The notes under the pieces were generated by a model, which had not been told where the DNA came from, made no database searches, and was given only the letters and a program-made list of their open reading frames with translations. Shown here in pieces: positions 47,578 to 56,991 of a stretch of 64,000 nt of DNA (positions are counted from its first letter, which is position 1; each line of letters opens with the position of its first letter). A program made the translations under genes and the position numbers. The stretch is from an uncultured Pseudomonadota bacterium (GTDB lineage Bacteria; Pseudomonadota; Gammaproteobacteria; Steroidobacterales; Steroidobacteraceae), in contig CADEFQ010000008.1 of the NCBI GenBank assembly GCA_902826635.1, forward strand, positions 23,271-87,270, given 5' to 3'.

Positions 47578-47750
47578 CGGCGCACCGGATCGAACGATCG
47601 AAGCTCACAGCATGCGCTGCATACGGGGACGTGGGCCGCAGATTGACCCGCGGAGCCGGGCTTTTCCTCTCGGAGGCGAGACAGTGACAGCAGAAAATCC
47701 CGCCGTGTTGCCTCTGTGAGCGATCACCGGTGCCCGGCGAATGCCGGCAA

Positions 47751-49154
47751 TCATCGTGCCGCAATGGCCTGAGCGGACCCGCCGTGGCGTACGGGGAAGC
47801 GCAGGCTCACGGTCGTGCCCCGGCCATCGGGCCCTGCATCGATCGAGAGCGTCGCGCCGTGCAGTTGTGCGACTTCATGCACGATCGCGAGACCGAGGCC
47901 ACTGCCGTCGCCCTGCGCGTTGCTGCCGCGGTAGAACCGGTCGAGCACGCGAGCGCGGTCGCCCGGCGGGATGCCGGGGCCGGTGTCGGTGACCTGCAGG
48001 AACGGAGCGCCATCGTCTCCACAGCGGATGGTGATGCTGCCGCCCGCCGGCGTATAGGTCATGGCGTTGTCGACAAGATTGCCGAGGGCTTCGGCCAGCA
48101 GCCAGGACACGCCCCGGGCATCGGCTGGCGACACCTCCGCACCCAGGTCGATCTTCGCGGCATCGGACGCCGCGATGCGTTCGTTGACGACCGGATCGAC
48201 GACGGAGGCGAGATCGACCGGCGTGAGTTTCCAGTCGAGTGTCGCAGCCTCGTCCGAGCGCGCGAGCGCCAGCAATTGCTGGGTGGTGTGCGTGAGGCGG
48301 CGCGCTCCATCGAGTACCCTCCCGAGCTGGTCCTTTCGCGACGGGTCGGTTTCGTCGTCCGCCATGAGCTCGAGCTGCGCCTGGATGCCCGTCAGCGGCG
48401 TCCTGAGCTGATGCGCGGCGCTTTCGAGAAAGCGGCGCTGCTCCGAGCCGGCCCGGGTGACCGTTGCGAAGAGGCGATTGAGTGCGTCCACGACCCCGCG
48501 GATCTCGACGGGCACCCGCCCGAGTGGCAGGGGCGCGAGGTCGCGCGCGGATCGACGATGGATCTGCGCCGCAACGTTGCGCAGGGGCGCGAGCGCGAGC
48601 CTCACGCCGAGCCAGATCACGGCGAGCACCAGCCCGAGCTCGGCCGCATCGACCGCGATCGCGGTCGTGAGCACGGCGGCGCGTGCGCGATCGCGCTTGT
48701 GCAGTGTCTCGCCGACGGAGACGGCCACGATGGAGGGCCCGGCGACGGTGCGGTAGCTCACCAGCCGGATCGGCTCGCCCCGATAAGCGACATTCGCGCG
48801 AGAGGGATTGGCGGGGCTTTCCGGCAGTTCGGGCAGATCGGCATCGCCATAGACCAAGGCGCCGTCGGCCGCCGACACTTTGATGTAGATGGAGTCGATC
48901 GAGTCGGCACGCAGTATCGCAGCGGCGTCCGGTGGCAGAGAGAGGGCCGGTCGCCCGTCGTTGCGCACAGTGACGCGGCCTGCTACGGCGATCGCGGTAT
49001 CGATCAACGCCTGGTCGTAGGCCTCCCGGAACGGCGCGATCGCGGTGAAGTAGTCGCCGAGCGTGCCGGCGACCAGGATCACCACTGCGGAAGGCAGCAA
49101 CAGCGCCAGCAGTCGCTTGCGGATCGACGGTGCCTGGTCATTTTTCGCGCGCAT
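47751..49154 (-). CDS. Sensor histidine kinase (QseC/TctE-like, OmpR-partner class)
   Basis: Two TM segments flank a periplasmic domain. H-box AAHQLRTPLTGIQ, N/G boxes NLVDNAMTYT, DTGPGIP, GLGLAIV. Trimmed from ORF 47751..49229. Overlaps the regulator gene by 17 nt. Confidence 0.85.
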   Translation of the reverse strand: MRAKNDQAPSIRKRLLALLLPSAVVILVAGTLGDYFTAIAPFREAYDQALIDTAIAVAGRVTVRNDGRPALSLPPDAAAILRADSIDSIYIKVSAADGALVYGDADLPELPESPANPSRANVAYRGEPIRLVSYRTVAGPSIVAVSVGETLHKRDRARAAVLTTAIAVDAAELGLVLAVIWLGVRLALAPLRNVAAQIHRRSARDLAPLPLGRVPVEIRGVVDALNRLFATVTRAGSEQRRFLESAAHQLRTPLTGIQAQLELMADDETDPSRKDQLGRVLDGARRLTHTTQQLLALARSDEAATLDWKLTPVDLASVVDPVVNERIAASDAAKIDLGAEVSPADARGVSWLLAEALGNLVDNAMTYTPAGGSITIRCGDDGAPFLQVTDTGPGIPPGDRARVLDRFYRGSNAQGDGSGLGLAIVHEVAQLHGATLSIDAGPDGRGTTVSLRFPVRHGGSAQAIAAR

Positions 49155-49806
49155 CGATCCGATACCCCATGCCGCGCACGGCGCGGATGTCGGCCGCGCC
49201 CCCAAGCTTCGTGCGCAGTCGCGACACATAGACTTCGATGGCGTTCGGCGTGAGATCTTCGCTCCAGTTGACCACCGATTCCTTCAGCCGTTCCTTTGAA
49301 ACGATGCGCCCGGCGTTGAAGACGAGGCATTCGAGAATCGTCCACTCGCGATGCGTCAGGTCGAGCAGGGCGCCGTCGACGGTGACCTCCCGGTGCGCCA
49401 GATCGAGATTCAGGCTGCCGAGCGCGAGCCGGGTGCTGGTGACAGCGTGGGCGCGCCGGATCAGCGCGCGGCAACGGGCGACGAGTTCCGGAATCTCGAA
49501 CGGTTTCGTCAAGTAGTCATCAGCGCCGAGATCAAGCGCGTGCACGCGGTCCTCGAGACCGTCGCGGGCGGTGAGGATCAGCACGGGGAGGCCGGTGCCG
49601 CGCTGTCGCAGCGCCTGCAGGAACTGCAGGCCGCTCACACGCGGCAGCCCGATATCGACGATCGCGAGGTCGAACGATTCGGCGTGCAGCGCCGATGCGG
49701 CGGCTTCCGCACTCGCGACGAGATCCGCGGCGAACCCAGCCGCCGCGAGCGCCCGTCGCACGGCGTCGCCTACCAGCGGATCGTCCTCGACGACCAGTAC
49801 CCTCAT
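49138..49806 (-). CDS. OmpR-family response regulator
   Basis: MRVLVVEDDPLVGDAV..., DLAIVDIGLP, LTARD, and a winged helix (LTHREWTILECL, VYVSRLRTKLG). Confidence 0.9.
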   Translation of the reverse strand: MRVLVVEDDPLVGDAVRRALAAAGFAADLVASAEAAASALHAESFDLAIVDIGLPRVSGLQFLQALRQRGTGLPVLILTARDGLEDRVHALDLGADDYLTKPFEIPELVARCRALIRRAHAVTSTRLALGSLNLDLAHREVTVDGALLDLTHREWTILECLVFNAGRIVSKERLKESVVNWSEDLTPNAIEVYVSRLRTKLGGAADIRAVRGMGYRIDAREK

Positions 49807-49904
49807 GCGCGCGAGCGTACTCCAACGCCCGCCGCCGCGAAGTCAGCCTGATGTCAGCTTCGTGGCGCAGCCTGCGTCCGATGGCAGTCCTGAAGGAGAT
49901 CCAG

Positions 49905-50666
49905 ATGAAAACTCGACCAGTCGAAGTGCTTGCAGTTCTTTCCCTCCTCGCCGGGGTCACCGTGACCGCGCGGGCATCCGACGAAGCGACCCCTTGGAGC
50001 GTCTCGATCCTCGGGGGCGACTCGCTCGGAATGCATGGCTCGTTACGTGCGCCGGTCAGTGCCACGAACGAGGACGGCACCGTTGCGCTGCACCGGCTGC
50101 ACTACGACGACATGTTCCGGCCACGCTTCGAGACGGGCCTCGAACTCGGTTATTCGTTGACCGATGCGCTGCAGGCCTACGGTCGCTTCGGCTACGAAGG
50201 CCTCGACGGGCGCACGCGCGTGATCGGCAAGCTGTCCGGCGAGGCGCCGACTTCCGCCGCCGATCTCAGCGCCCGGATGGCGGACGTGCACAACGAATCG
50301 ATCGAAGCGGGCTCGCGCTATGCCTGGCGGACCGGAACGAGTTGGCGGCCGTATGCCGGCGTCGCGCTCGGCGCGACGCGGGTCAAGGGCATGGACGGTG
50401 CGCTCGCCCTGCAAGGCGCCACGACGGCTCCCGAACGCGTGCGGTTCACACGCGGAGACACGGTGTTCAGGCAGAGTGTCGAGACGGGTGTCGAGTACGA
50501 CGCCGGCAACAATCTCGGCGTGCGATTCGGCGTCGAGGCGGACCACACCGGTCTCGCGTCGAATGCCCATGACCCGAGGCTCGCCGCGCTCGGCTACGAT
50601 CCGGACAACGAAGCGCAGGGGCGCTGGTCGTTTCCCGTCGCCATTTCAGCGACGCTACGCTTCTGA
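49905..50666 (+). CDS. Outer-membrane beta-barrel protein (OmpW/porin-like, family not resolved)
   Basis: Signal peptide MKTRPVEVLAVLSLLAGVTVTARA, alternating-residue beta strands, and a terminal ...ISATLRF. AAGGAG lies upstream of ATG 49905. Divergent from the two-component operon. Confidence 0.7.
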   Translation: MKTRPVEVLAVLSLLAGVTVTARASDEATPWSVSILGGDSLGMHGSLRAPVSATNEDGTVALHRLHYDDMFRPRFETGLELGYSLTDALQAYGRFGYEGLDGRTRVIGKLSGEAPTSAADLSARMADVHNESIEAGSRYAWRTGTSWRPYAGVALGATRVKGMDGALALQGATTAPERVRFTRGDTVFRQSVETGVEYDAGNNLGVRFGVEADHTGLASNAHDPRLAALGYDPDNEAQGRWSFPVAISATLRF

Positions 50667-50680
50667 AGGCGCCGGGACCG

Positions 50681-50986
50681 TCATTTCCCGGCGCGTTCGA
50701 TCAGCTGTTCCCGGTAGTCCCGGAACGGGCGCAGCAGGCGCGCGACGAGGGCTTCACGCCTCGCCGCGCGTTCGCGCAGCGAAGCCTCGTCGGGTTCGTA
50801 GTGTTCGATGTCGGCGCGTGCCAGCGCCCCTTTTTGCTCGAGCAGGCGCTCGAGCGTGTCGATGCGGTCGTAGGCAACCGACAGCTCGGCGGCGAGCGCG
50901 AGCAGCGCGGAGTGCAGCTGGTCAATCGCCGGATCGTCGAAATACTGCGGCAATGGGCCCTTCGCGCGGGTCGGGGCGTCGGTCAT
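50681..50986 (-). CDS. Hypothetical small protein (predicted helical / coiled)
   Basis: 101 aa: MTDAPTRAKGPLPQYFDDPAIDQLHSALLALAAELSVAYDRIDTLERLLEQKG.... The ATG overlaps the stop of the upstream gene (ATGA). No recognisable motif. Confidence 0.5.
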   Translation of the reverse strand: MTDAPTRAKGPLPQYFDDPAIDQLHSALLALAAELSVAYDRIDTLERLLEQKGALARADIEHYEPDEASLRERAARREALVARLLRPFRDYREQLIERAGK

Positions 50987-51879
50987 TCGCGCTCCACGAG
51001 TTCGATCCATTCCCCCGCGGGCCCGATGCACACCGCGGTCCGGCGACCATGATACGGCGCCTGCGGCAATGTGCGAGGCTCGGCCAGCCATCGGAGGCGC
51101 GGGTCTTCCGGCAGGCGATCGACGATGAAGCTCACCATCGAAATGCCGGGTGGCAGTTCACCGGGTGCGCTCGTCCGTTCGAGGGTCCCGGCCGGCATCG
51201 CGTCGACTTCGATGTAACACTGGCCGCCGAGGGCGAGCGCGGCGAGAGGGTGCCGCGTCTCGGCGGGGAGGCCGTGGGCCGCGGACAGGACCGTGATCAC
51301 GGACGACACGGCCGATGCCGGCGGCACGCCGAGATGCTGCGTATAGAACGCGCCCACGGCCTCGCAGGACGGGCCGCCCAGGATGACGATGAACACCCGG
51401 TCGATGAAGTGCCTGGCTTCGGGCACGTCGAACGCGGCGACCTTTTCGCTGAACGACGTGAGATAGACGCCTTCATTCGACGGGCCAATGAGTTGCATCG
51501 CGCGGATCTTGTCGCTGATCGAAAGATTCGCGGGCGGGCCGATCACGCGAAACGGTGAATCGGCGACACGTGCGGCGGCCAGGTCGGTGTCCTGCACCAT
51601 CAGTTCCGCGGCGTTCCATCCCATGTGGCGGAAGGGTCGGTAGGCGGCATCGGGTTTACCCTCGATGAATCGCAGCCAGGTCTGGCCTTCGCCGGCCGGC
51701 AGCATCAACGCGTAGCGACGGCCGGCGAGGGCGGGGCGGGCGAACTGCGCCGCCATCGCGGGCGTCACGCGATCGTGGTCGGCGAGTTCATAACCGAAAT
51801 AGAGACGATACGCGTCGATCGTCGATTGCAGTTCCGACGTCGCGACCGTGACTGCGGCAATCGGGCCGAAAGGCATCAT
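50983..51879 (-). CDS. Putative VOC (glyoxalase/dioxygenase-fold) family protein
   Basis: 298 aa. A two-module pattern with strand motifs (WNAAELMVQD, RVFIVILGG, ISMVSFIVD, GEWIELVE) is suggestive of VOC repeats; the assignment is tentative. Trimmed from ORF 50983..52554. The start overlaps the upstream stop. Confidence 0.5.
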   Translation of the reverse strand: MMPFGPIAAVTVATSELQSTIDAYRLYFGYELADHDRVTPAMAAQFARPALAGRRYALMLPAGEGQTWLRFIEGKPDAAYRPFRHMGWNAAELMVQDTDLAAARVADSPFRVIGPPANLSISDKIRAMQLIGPSNEGVYLTSFSEKVAAFDVPEARHFIDRVFIVILGGPSCEAVGAFYTQHLGVPPASAVSSVITVLSAAHGLPAETRHPLAALALGGQCYIEVDAMPAGTLERTSAPGELPPGISMVSFIVDRLPEDPRLRWLAEPRTLPQAPYHGRRTAVCIGPAGEWIELVERE

Positions 51880-52517
51880 CGGGGGCTCGACAGGTACCGG
51901 CGCGCGGTCGCGAGGTCGGTGACTTCGGCGTATTTCGCTTGCAGGTCGAAGAGATTCGCCTCGTGCGGCCCGGCGGCCCGATCCGCGACCGTCTCGCGCA
52001 CGACGACCGGGACGAAGCCGTATTGGCAGCAGTCGACCGCACTCGCGCGCACGCAGCCACTCGTCGATACGCCGCTGATCAGCACCGTATCGATGCCGAG
52101 CGACGTGAGCGTCGAGGCCAGCGTGGTGCCAAAAAACGCGCTCGCATATTGCTTCGGGATGACGGTCTCGCCGGCAACCGGCTCGAGTCCGGGGGCGAAC
52201 GAGGCGAGTTCGGGATGCGCACCGGCCTCGAAGCAGGCGAGCGCAGGTACCTTGCGAAAGAAGATGCCGCCGTCGCGACCGCCCGGCTGGTAGACGACAT
52301 GGGTGTGCAGCACCGGAATGCGCGCCGCACGCGCCGCGGCAAGCAGGTCGACGCCTGCGGCGCGCGCCGCTTCGACCCCCGGACCCGCGTAGAGCGGCGA
52401 GCCCGGCGCCAGATAGGCCTGCACGAAGTCGATCACGAGCAGCGCCGGACGCCGGCCGAAGGCGAGCGATTTGCCGAAGCCGCCCCGCGCGTAGTTTTCG
52501 TCGAGCGATTCGGCCAT
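51876..52517 (-). CDS. Isochorismatase-like cysteine hydrolase (copy A)
   Basis: 213 aa: PALLVIDFVQAY, KQYASAFFGT, DTVLISGVSTSGCVRASAVD (catalytic Cys context). Confidence 0.85.
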   Translation of the reverse strand: MAESLDENYARGGFGKSLAFGRRPALLVIDFVQAYLAPGSPLYAGPGVEAARAAGVDLLAAARAARIPVLHTHVVYQPGGRDGGIFFRKVPALACFEAGAHPELASFAPGLEPVAGETVIPKQYASAFFGTTLASTLTSLGIDTVLISGVSTSGCVRASAVDCCQYGFVPVVVRETVADRAAGPHEANLFDLQAKYAEVTDLATARRYLSSPR

Positions 52518-52522
52518 GCGGA

Positions 52523-53740
52523 TCAGATGACCTTGCGGGCCGCGAGGCCGTCATAGCGGTCGCGCTGCATGCCGAGGAGGCCGAGGTAGACCTCTTCGTT
52601 ATGCTGGCCCATCGCCGGCGCAGGCGCGCGAACGCCGCCGGGGGTCTCGGACAGCTTCGGTGCGACGTTCTGCATCCGCAGCTCGCCGAAATCCGGGTGC
52701 TGGGTCGCGACGATGGCCTGCCGCGCCTTGAAATGCGGGTCTTCGAGCATCTCCGGCGTGCGATAGATGAGACCGGCGGGCACGCCGAATTTTTCCATGG
52801 CGGCGAGCACTTCGTCGCGCGTCAGTGTCGCTGTCCAGCGGCCGACGAGTTCGTCGAGTTCGACCTGGTTCTCGCCTCGCGCCGTGTGCGTGGCGTACTT
52901 CGCGGCCTTTGCGAGCTCGGACTGGCCCATCGCTTCGGCGAGGCGGGTGAACACCGTGTCCTGGTTCGCGGCGATCAGCACGAGCTGGCCGTCACGCGTC
53001 GGGTAGACGTTCGATGGCGCGACGTTCGGCAGGATCGCGCCGGTGCGTTCGCGGATGTAGCCCGTCTTGTCGTACTCGGTGACGAGCGACTCCATCATGT
53101 TGAGCACGGCTTCATAAATCGCGGAATCGACGACCTGGCCGCGGCCGGTCTTTTCGCGGTAGTGCAGCGCCGACAGCGCGCCGACGCTCGCGAAGGTCGC
53201 GGCGAGCGAGTCGCCGATGCTGATGCCCATGCGCGAGGGCGGCGTCGAGGGGTCGCCGCACACGTAGCGCAGGCCACCCATCGCCTCGCCGATCGCGCCG
53301 AAGCCGGCCTGTTTCGCGTACGGCCCGGTTTGCCCGAAGCCCGACACGCGGATCATGATCAGGCGCGGATTGAGCTTCGCGAGCGCATCGTAGCCGCAGC
53401 CCCATTTCTCCATCGTGCCCGGCCTGAAATTCTCAAGTAGAAAGTCAGCTTTAGTCACTAACTCCTTGAGAATGCTCTGACCTTCAGCCTGCCGCATGTC
53501 GAGCGTGATCGCCTTTTTGTTGCGTCCGACCACGGGCCACCACAGCGATTTGCCGTGGGCCTTCTCGCGACCCCATACGCGCATCGGATCGCCCTGGCCG
53601 GGGGGTTCGATCTTGATGACCTCCGCCCCCATGTCGCCGAGGATCTGCCCGCAGAACGGCCCCGCGAGCAGCGTGCCCATTTCGATCACGCGCAGGTCCG
53701 AAAGCGGGCCGTTCTTGAAAGGGGCGGGTTGTCCGGACAT
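52523..53740 (-). CDS. Family III CoA-transferase (CaiB/BaiF type)
   Basis: 405 aa: GPLSDLRVIEMGTLLAGPFCGQILGDMGAEVIKIEPP, LLENFRPG, SGFGQTGPY. Trimmed from ORF 52523..54850 to ATG 53740. Confidence 0.88.
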   Translation of the reverse strand: MSGQPAPFKNGPLSDLRVIEMGTLLAGPFCGQILGDMGAEVIKIEPPGQGDPMRVWGREKAHGKSLWWPVVGRNKKAITLDMRQAEGQSILKELVTKADFLLENFRPGTMEKWGCGYDALAKLNPRLIMIRVSGFGQTGPYAKQAGFGAIGEAMGGLRYVCGDPSTPPSRMGISIGDSLAATFASVGALSALHYREKTGRGQVVDSAIYEAVLNMMESLVTEYDKTGYIRERTGAILPNVAPSNVYPTRDGQLVLIAANQDTVFTRLAEAMGQSELAKAAKYATHTARGENQVELDELVGRWTATLTRDEVLAAMEKFGVPAGLIYRTPEMLEDPHFKARQAIVATQHPDFGELRMQNVAPKLSETPGGVRAPAPAMGQHNEEVYLGLLGMQRDRYDGLAARKVI

Positions 53741-53860
53741 GCGACTCTCTATGCGTTGGCGGTGGTCGAAAGGAATGGTTGGAGCGCGCGGTATAGCGGG
53801 CAGCTCCCGCACGGTCAAGCTAGAATCGAAGCACGTGTGGTGACGGTTGTGGAATAGGCA

Positions 53861-54781
53861 ATGATGCGTAGCGTCGAGATTGTGGAAGTCGGACCGCGTG
53901 ACGGGCTGCAGAGCGAACCGGGCGTGTTGCCGACCGCGGCAAAAATCGAATTCATCGAACGGTTGATCGCCGCGGGCGTGCGCCGGGTCGAAGTGACGAG
54001 CTTCGTGAACCCGAAGCGCGTGCCGCAGATGGCCGATGCCGAACAGGTGCTCGCCGGCCTCGAAAGGCGCGAGGGCGTGCACTACGTCGGGCTCGTGCTC
54101 AATCGCAAGGGGCTCGATCGCGCGCTCGCGGCCGGCTGCAATGAGGTCGGCATGGCGGTCGTCGCGAGCGACACCTTCAACAGGCGGAACCAGGGCGTCG
54201 GCACCGACGAATCGATCGACGCGTGGCTCGAGATCGCGAAGGCGGCGCGCGAGGCGGGAGTTCGCGCCCAGGTCACGGTGTCCGCGGCCTTCGGCTGCCC
54301 CTTCGAGGGCGAGATGCCGGTCGCGCGCGTGGTCGACGTGGCGCGTCGCTGTGCGGAAGCCGGGCCGTTCGAGATTGCGCTTGCCGACACGATCGGCGTC
54401 GGCGTGCCGGCGCAGGTCACCGAACTCGTGACCGCCGTGCGTGCGGCGATTCCCGCGACGACGCGCCTGCGCGCGCATTTTCACAACACCCGCAACACCG
54501 GGCTCGCGAACGCCTACGCCGCCGTGCAGGCGGGCGTGACGACGCTCGACGCAAGCGCCGGCGGCATCGGCGGCTGCCCGTTTGCACCCGCCGCCACCGG
54601 CAATATTCCCACCGAAGATCTCGTTTACATGCTCGGGCGCAGTGGCATCGAGACGGGCATCGATCTCGATGCGCTGATCGCCACCGGGAAATGGCTGCAG
54701 GAAACGCTCGGGCGCCCGGTGCCCGGCATGCTCGTCAAGGCGGGCAATTTCCCGCGCCTGATGGCTCCCCCGGCCGCGTGA
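53861..54781 (+). CDS. HMG-CoA-lyase-family (DRE-TIM) carbon-carbon lyase
   Basis: 306 aa: VEVGPRDGLQSE, VEVTSFVNPKRVPQM, LADTIGVG, HFHNTRNTGLAN, GGIGGCPFAPAATGN. Confidence 0.88.
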   Translation: MMRSVEIVEVGPRDGLQSEPGVLPTAAKIEFIERLIAAGVRRVEVTSFVNPKRVPQMADAEQVLAGLERREGVHYVGLVLNRKGLDRALAAGCNEVGMAVVASDTFNRRNQGVGTDESIDAWLEIAKAAREAGVRAQVTVSAAFGCPFEGEMPVARVVDVARRCAEAGPFEIALADTIGVGVPAQVTELVTAVRAAIPATTRLRAHFHNTRNTGLANAYAAVQAGVTTLDASAGGIGGCPFAPAATGNIPTEDLVYMLGRSGIETGIDLDALIATGKWLQETLGRPVPGMLVKAGNFPRLMAPPAA

Positions 54782-54904
54782 TCGCGGCGATGGGAGCGCG
54801 GATTCCATGTAGGTGTTCCCCGCATTGCGGACCTTTCTACGAGGCACCAAACTCGGATGGCTGCTAGCGGCGCGCGTTCGCGTACCGAATTTTCAGGAGT
54901 AGAC

Positions 54905-56986
54905 ATGGCATATCGATTGGGTGTGGACGTCGGCGGCACTTTCACCGACCTGCTGCTCGTCCATGAGAAATCCGGCAAGACATGGTCCGCGAAAGTGCCG
55001 AGCACGCCAGCCGACCAGTCGATCGGCGTGGTCAACGGCATGATGCGCGTCTGCGAACGCGCGGGGATCGACCCCGCGACGATCCTGCACGTGATGCACG
55101 GCACGACCGTGGCGACGAACACCGTGCTCACGGGCACCGGCGCGAAGTGCGGCCTCGTGACGACGAAGGGCTACCGCCAGGTGCTGCAGATCGCCCGCTC
55201 GTTCGTACCGGGCGGGCTCGGCGGCTGGGTCATCTACAACAAGAGCCTGCCGCTCGCGCCGCTCGCCTGCACCATCGAAGCCGATGAGCGCGTCAGCGCG
55301 AAGGGCGAAGTCGTGCACGCGCTCGACGAGGGCCAGTTGCGCACGGCGCTGCGCGAACTGAAGGCGAAGGAGATCGAGGCACTGACGGTCTCGCTCGTCA
55401 ACTCATTCGCCAACGATGCGCACGAGAAGCGCATTCGGGAGATCGCCCACGAGGAAATGCCGGGCATTCCGGTTTCGCTGTCGTCCGAAGTCGTGCCCGA
55501 GATGCAGGAATACGAGCGCACCGTCACGACCGTCGCGAATTCCTACGTTCGTCCGCGCGTCGAGAAGTACGTGCGCAACCTGAAATCGAAGCTCTCGATC
55601 AGGGGCGAGGACGTGAAGCTGCACATCCTGCGCTCGGACGGCGGCCTCGCGTCGGCGAAGTCCTCCGAGGAATTCCCGGTGAACCTGCTGATGTCCGGTC
55701 CGGCCGGTGGCGTCACCGGCGCCGTTTGGGTCGCGCTGCAGTCGGGTTTCCCGAACCTGCTCACCGTCGATGTCGGCGGCACTTCGACCGATGTGGCGCT
55801 CATCCAGAACGGCGAGCCGCGCCTGCGTCGTGAAACGACCGTCGGCGACGTCACCGTGCGGGCCTCGTCGGTCGATATCCGCACCGTCGGTGCGGGCGGC
55901 GGCTCGGTCGCCCACGTGCCGGAACTTACCAAGGCGCTGCGCGTCGGCCCCCAGAGTGCCGGCGCCGATCCGGGGCCGGCGGCCTACAACCGCGGCGGCA
56001 CCGAGCCGACCGTCACGGATGCCAACATCGTGCTCGGCTACATGCCCGAAGGGCAGAAGCTCGGCGGCGAAATGGTGCTCGATCGCGAGCTGTCGGCGCA
56101 GGCGGTGCAGAAAGTTGCGGATGCGCTGAAGCTGTCGCGCAAGGACGCCGCGCTCGGTATCTACAACATCGTCAACGAAAACATGGTCGGCGCGCTGCGC
56201 CTCGTGTCGGTCGAGCAGGGCTACGATCCGCGCGACTACGCGCTCATCGCCTTCGGCGGCGCCGGCCCGCTGCACGCCAACGCGCTGTCGCGCCTGCTCG
56301 GCTCGTGGCCGTCGATCATCCCGCCGGGCCCGGGCGTGCTGTGCGCGCTCGGTGACGCGACCACCGCGGTGCGTGACGAGCGCGCCCGCACCTACGTGCG
56401 CAAGTTCTCGGAAACGAGCGCCAGGGAAATCGCGAAGATCCTGCGCACGCTCGCGGCCGACGCTTCGGAAACCCTCGAGCGCGAAGGCGTGCCGAAGAAG
56501 GAGATGCGTACGGCATGGCAGGTCGACCTGCGCTATCACGGCCAGGGCCTGCGACTGACCGTCGACGTCGACATCAAGGAACTCGAGAAGCACGGCCTCA
56601 AGGCGATCTCCGACCAGTTCGACGCCGAGCACAAGCGCCTGTTCACCTTCGCGCTGTCGCTCGAACACGAACTCGTCACGCTGCGCGCTTCCGTGCAGGG
56701 CAAGGCCGTGTCGCTCAAGCGCCCCGACCTGCCGAAGGGCGGCGCCGACCCAAAGGCGGCGGCGGTCGGCAAGCAGAAGGTCTATATGGACGGCAAGGAC
56801 GTGACGGCCACCGTGTACGACCGCAAGAAACTGCGCGCCGGCAACAAAGTGAAGGGCCCTGCGATCGTCGTCGAGATGGACTCGACCAGCGTGATCCTGC
56901 CGAAGCACCACGGCGTCGTCGACAAGGTCGGCTGCATCCTGATCTATCCGGACGGCTACAAGCCGGCCCGCAAGGCGAAGAGGTAA
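54905..56986 (+). CDS. Hydantoinase/oxoprolinase A-type subunit (ATP-dependent, HyuA family)
   Basis: MAYRLGVDVGGTFTDLLLV, LTVDVGGTSTDVALI, FGGAGPLHA. 693 aa. Trimmed from ORF 54857..56986. Confidence 0.88.
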   Translation: MAYRLGVDVGGTFTDLLLVHEKSGKTWSAKVPSTPADQSIGVVNGMMRVCERAGIDPATILHVMHGTTVATNTVLTGTGAKCGLVTTKGYRQVLQIARSFVPGGLGGWVIYNKSLPLAPLACTIEADERVSAKGEVVHALDEGQLRTALRELKAKEIEALTVSLVNSFANDAHEKRIREIAHEEMPGIPVSLSSEVVPEMQEYERTVTTVANSYVRPRVEKYVRNLKSKLSIRGEDVKLHILRSDGGLASAKSSEEFPVNLLMSGPAGGVTGAVWVALQSGFPNLLTVDVGGTSTDVALIQNGEPRLRRETTVGDVTVRASSVDIRTVGAGGGSVAHVPELTKALRVGPQSAGADPGPAAYNRGGTEPTVTDANIVLGYMPEGQKLGGEMVLDRELSAQAVQKVADALKLSRKDAALGIYNIVNENMVGALRLVSVEQGYDPRDYALIAFGGAGPLHANALSRLLGSWPSIIPPGPGVLCALGDATTAVRDERARTYVRKFSETSAREIAKILRTLAADASETLEREGVPKKEMRTAWQVDLRYHGQGLRLTVDVDIKELEKHGLKAISDQFDAEHKRLFTFALSLEHELVTLRASVQGKAVSLKRPDLPKGGADPKAAAVGKQKVYMDGKDVTATVYDRKKLRAGNKVKGPAIVVEMDSTSVILPKHHGVVDKVGCILIYPDGYKPARKAKR

Positions 56987-56991
56987 GTTTC

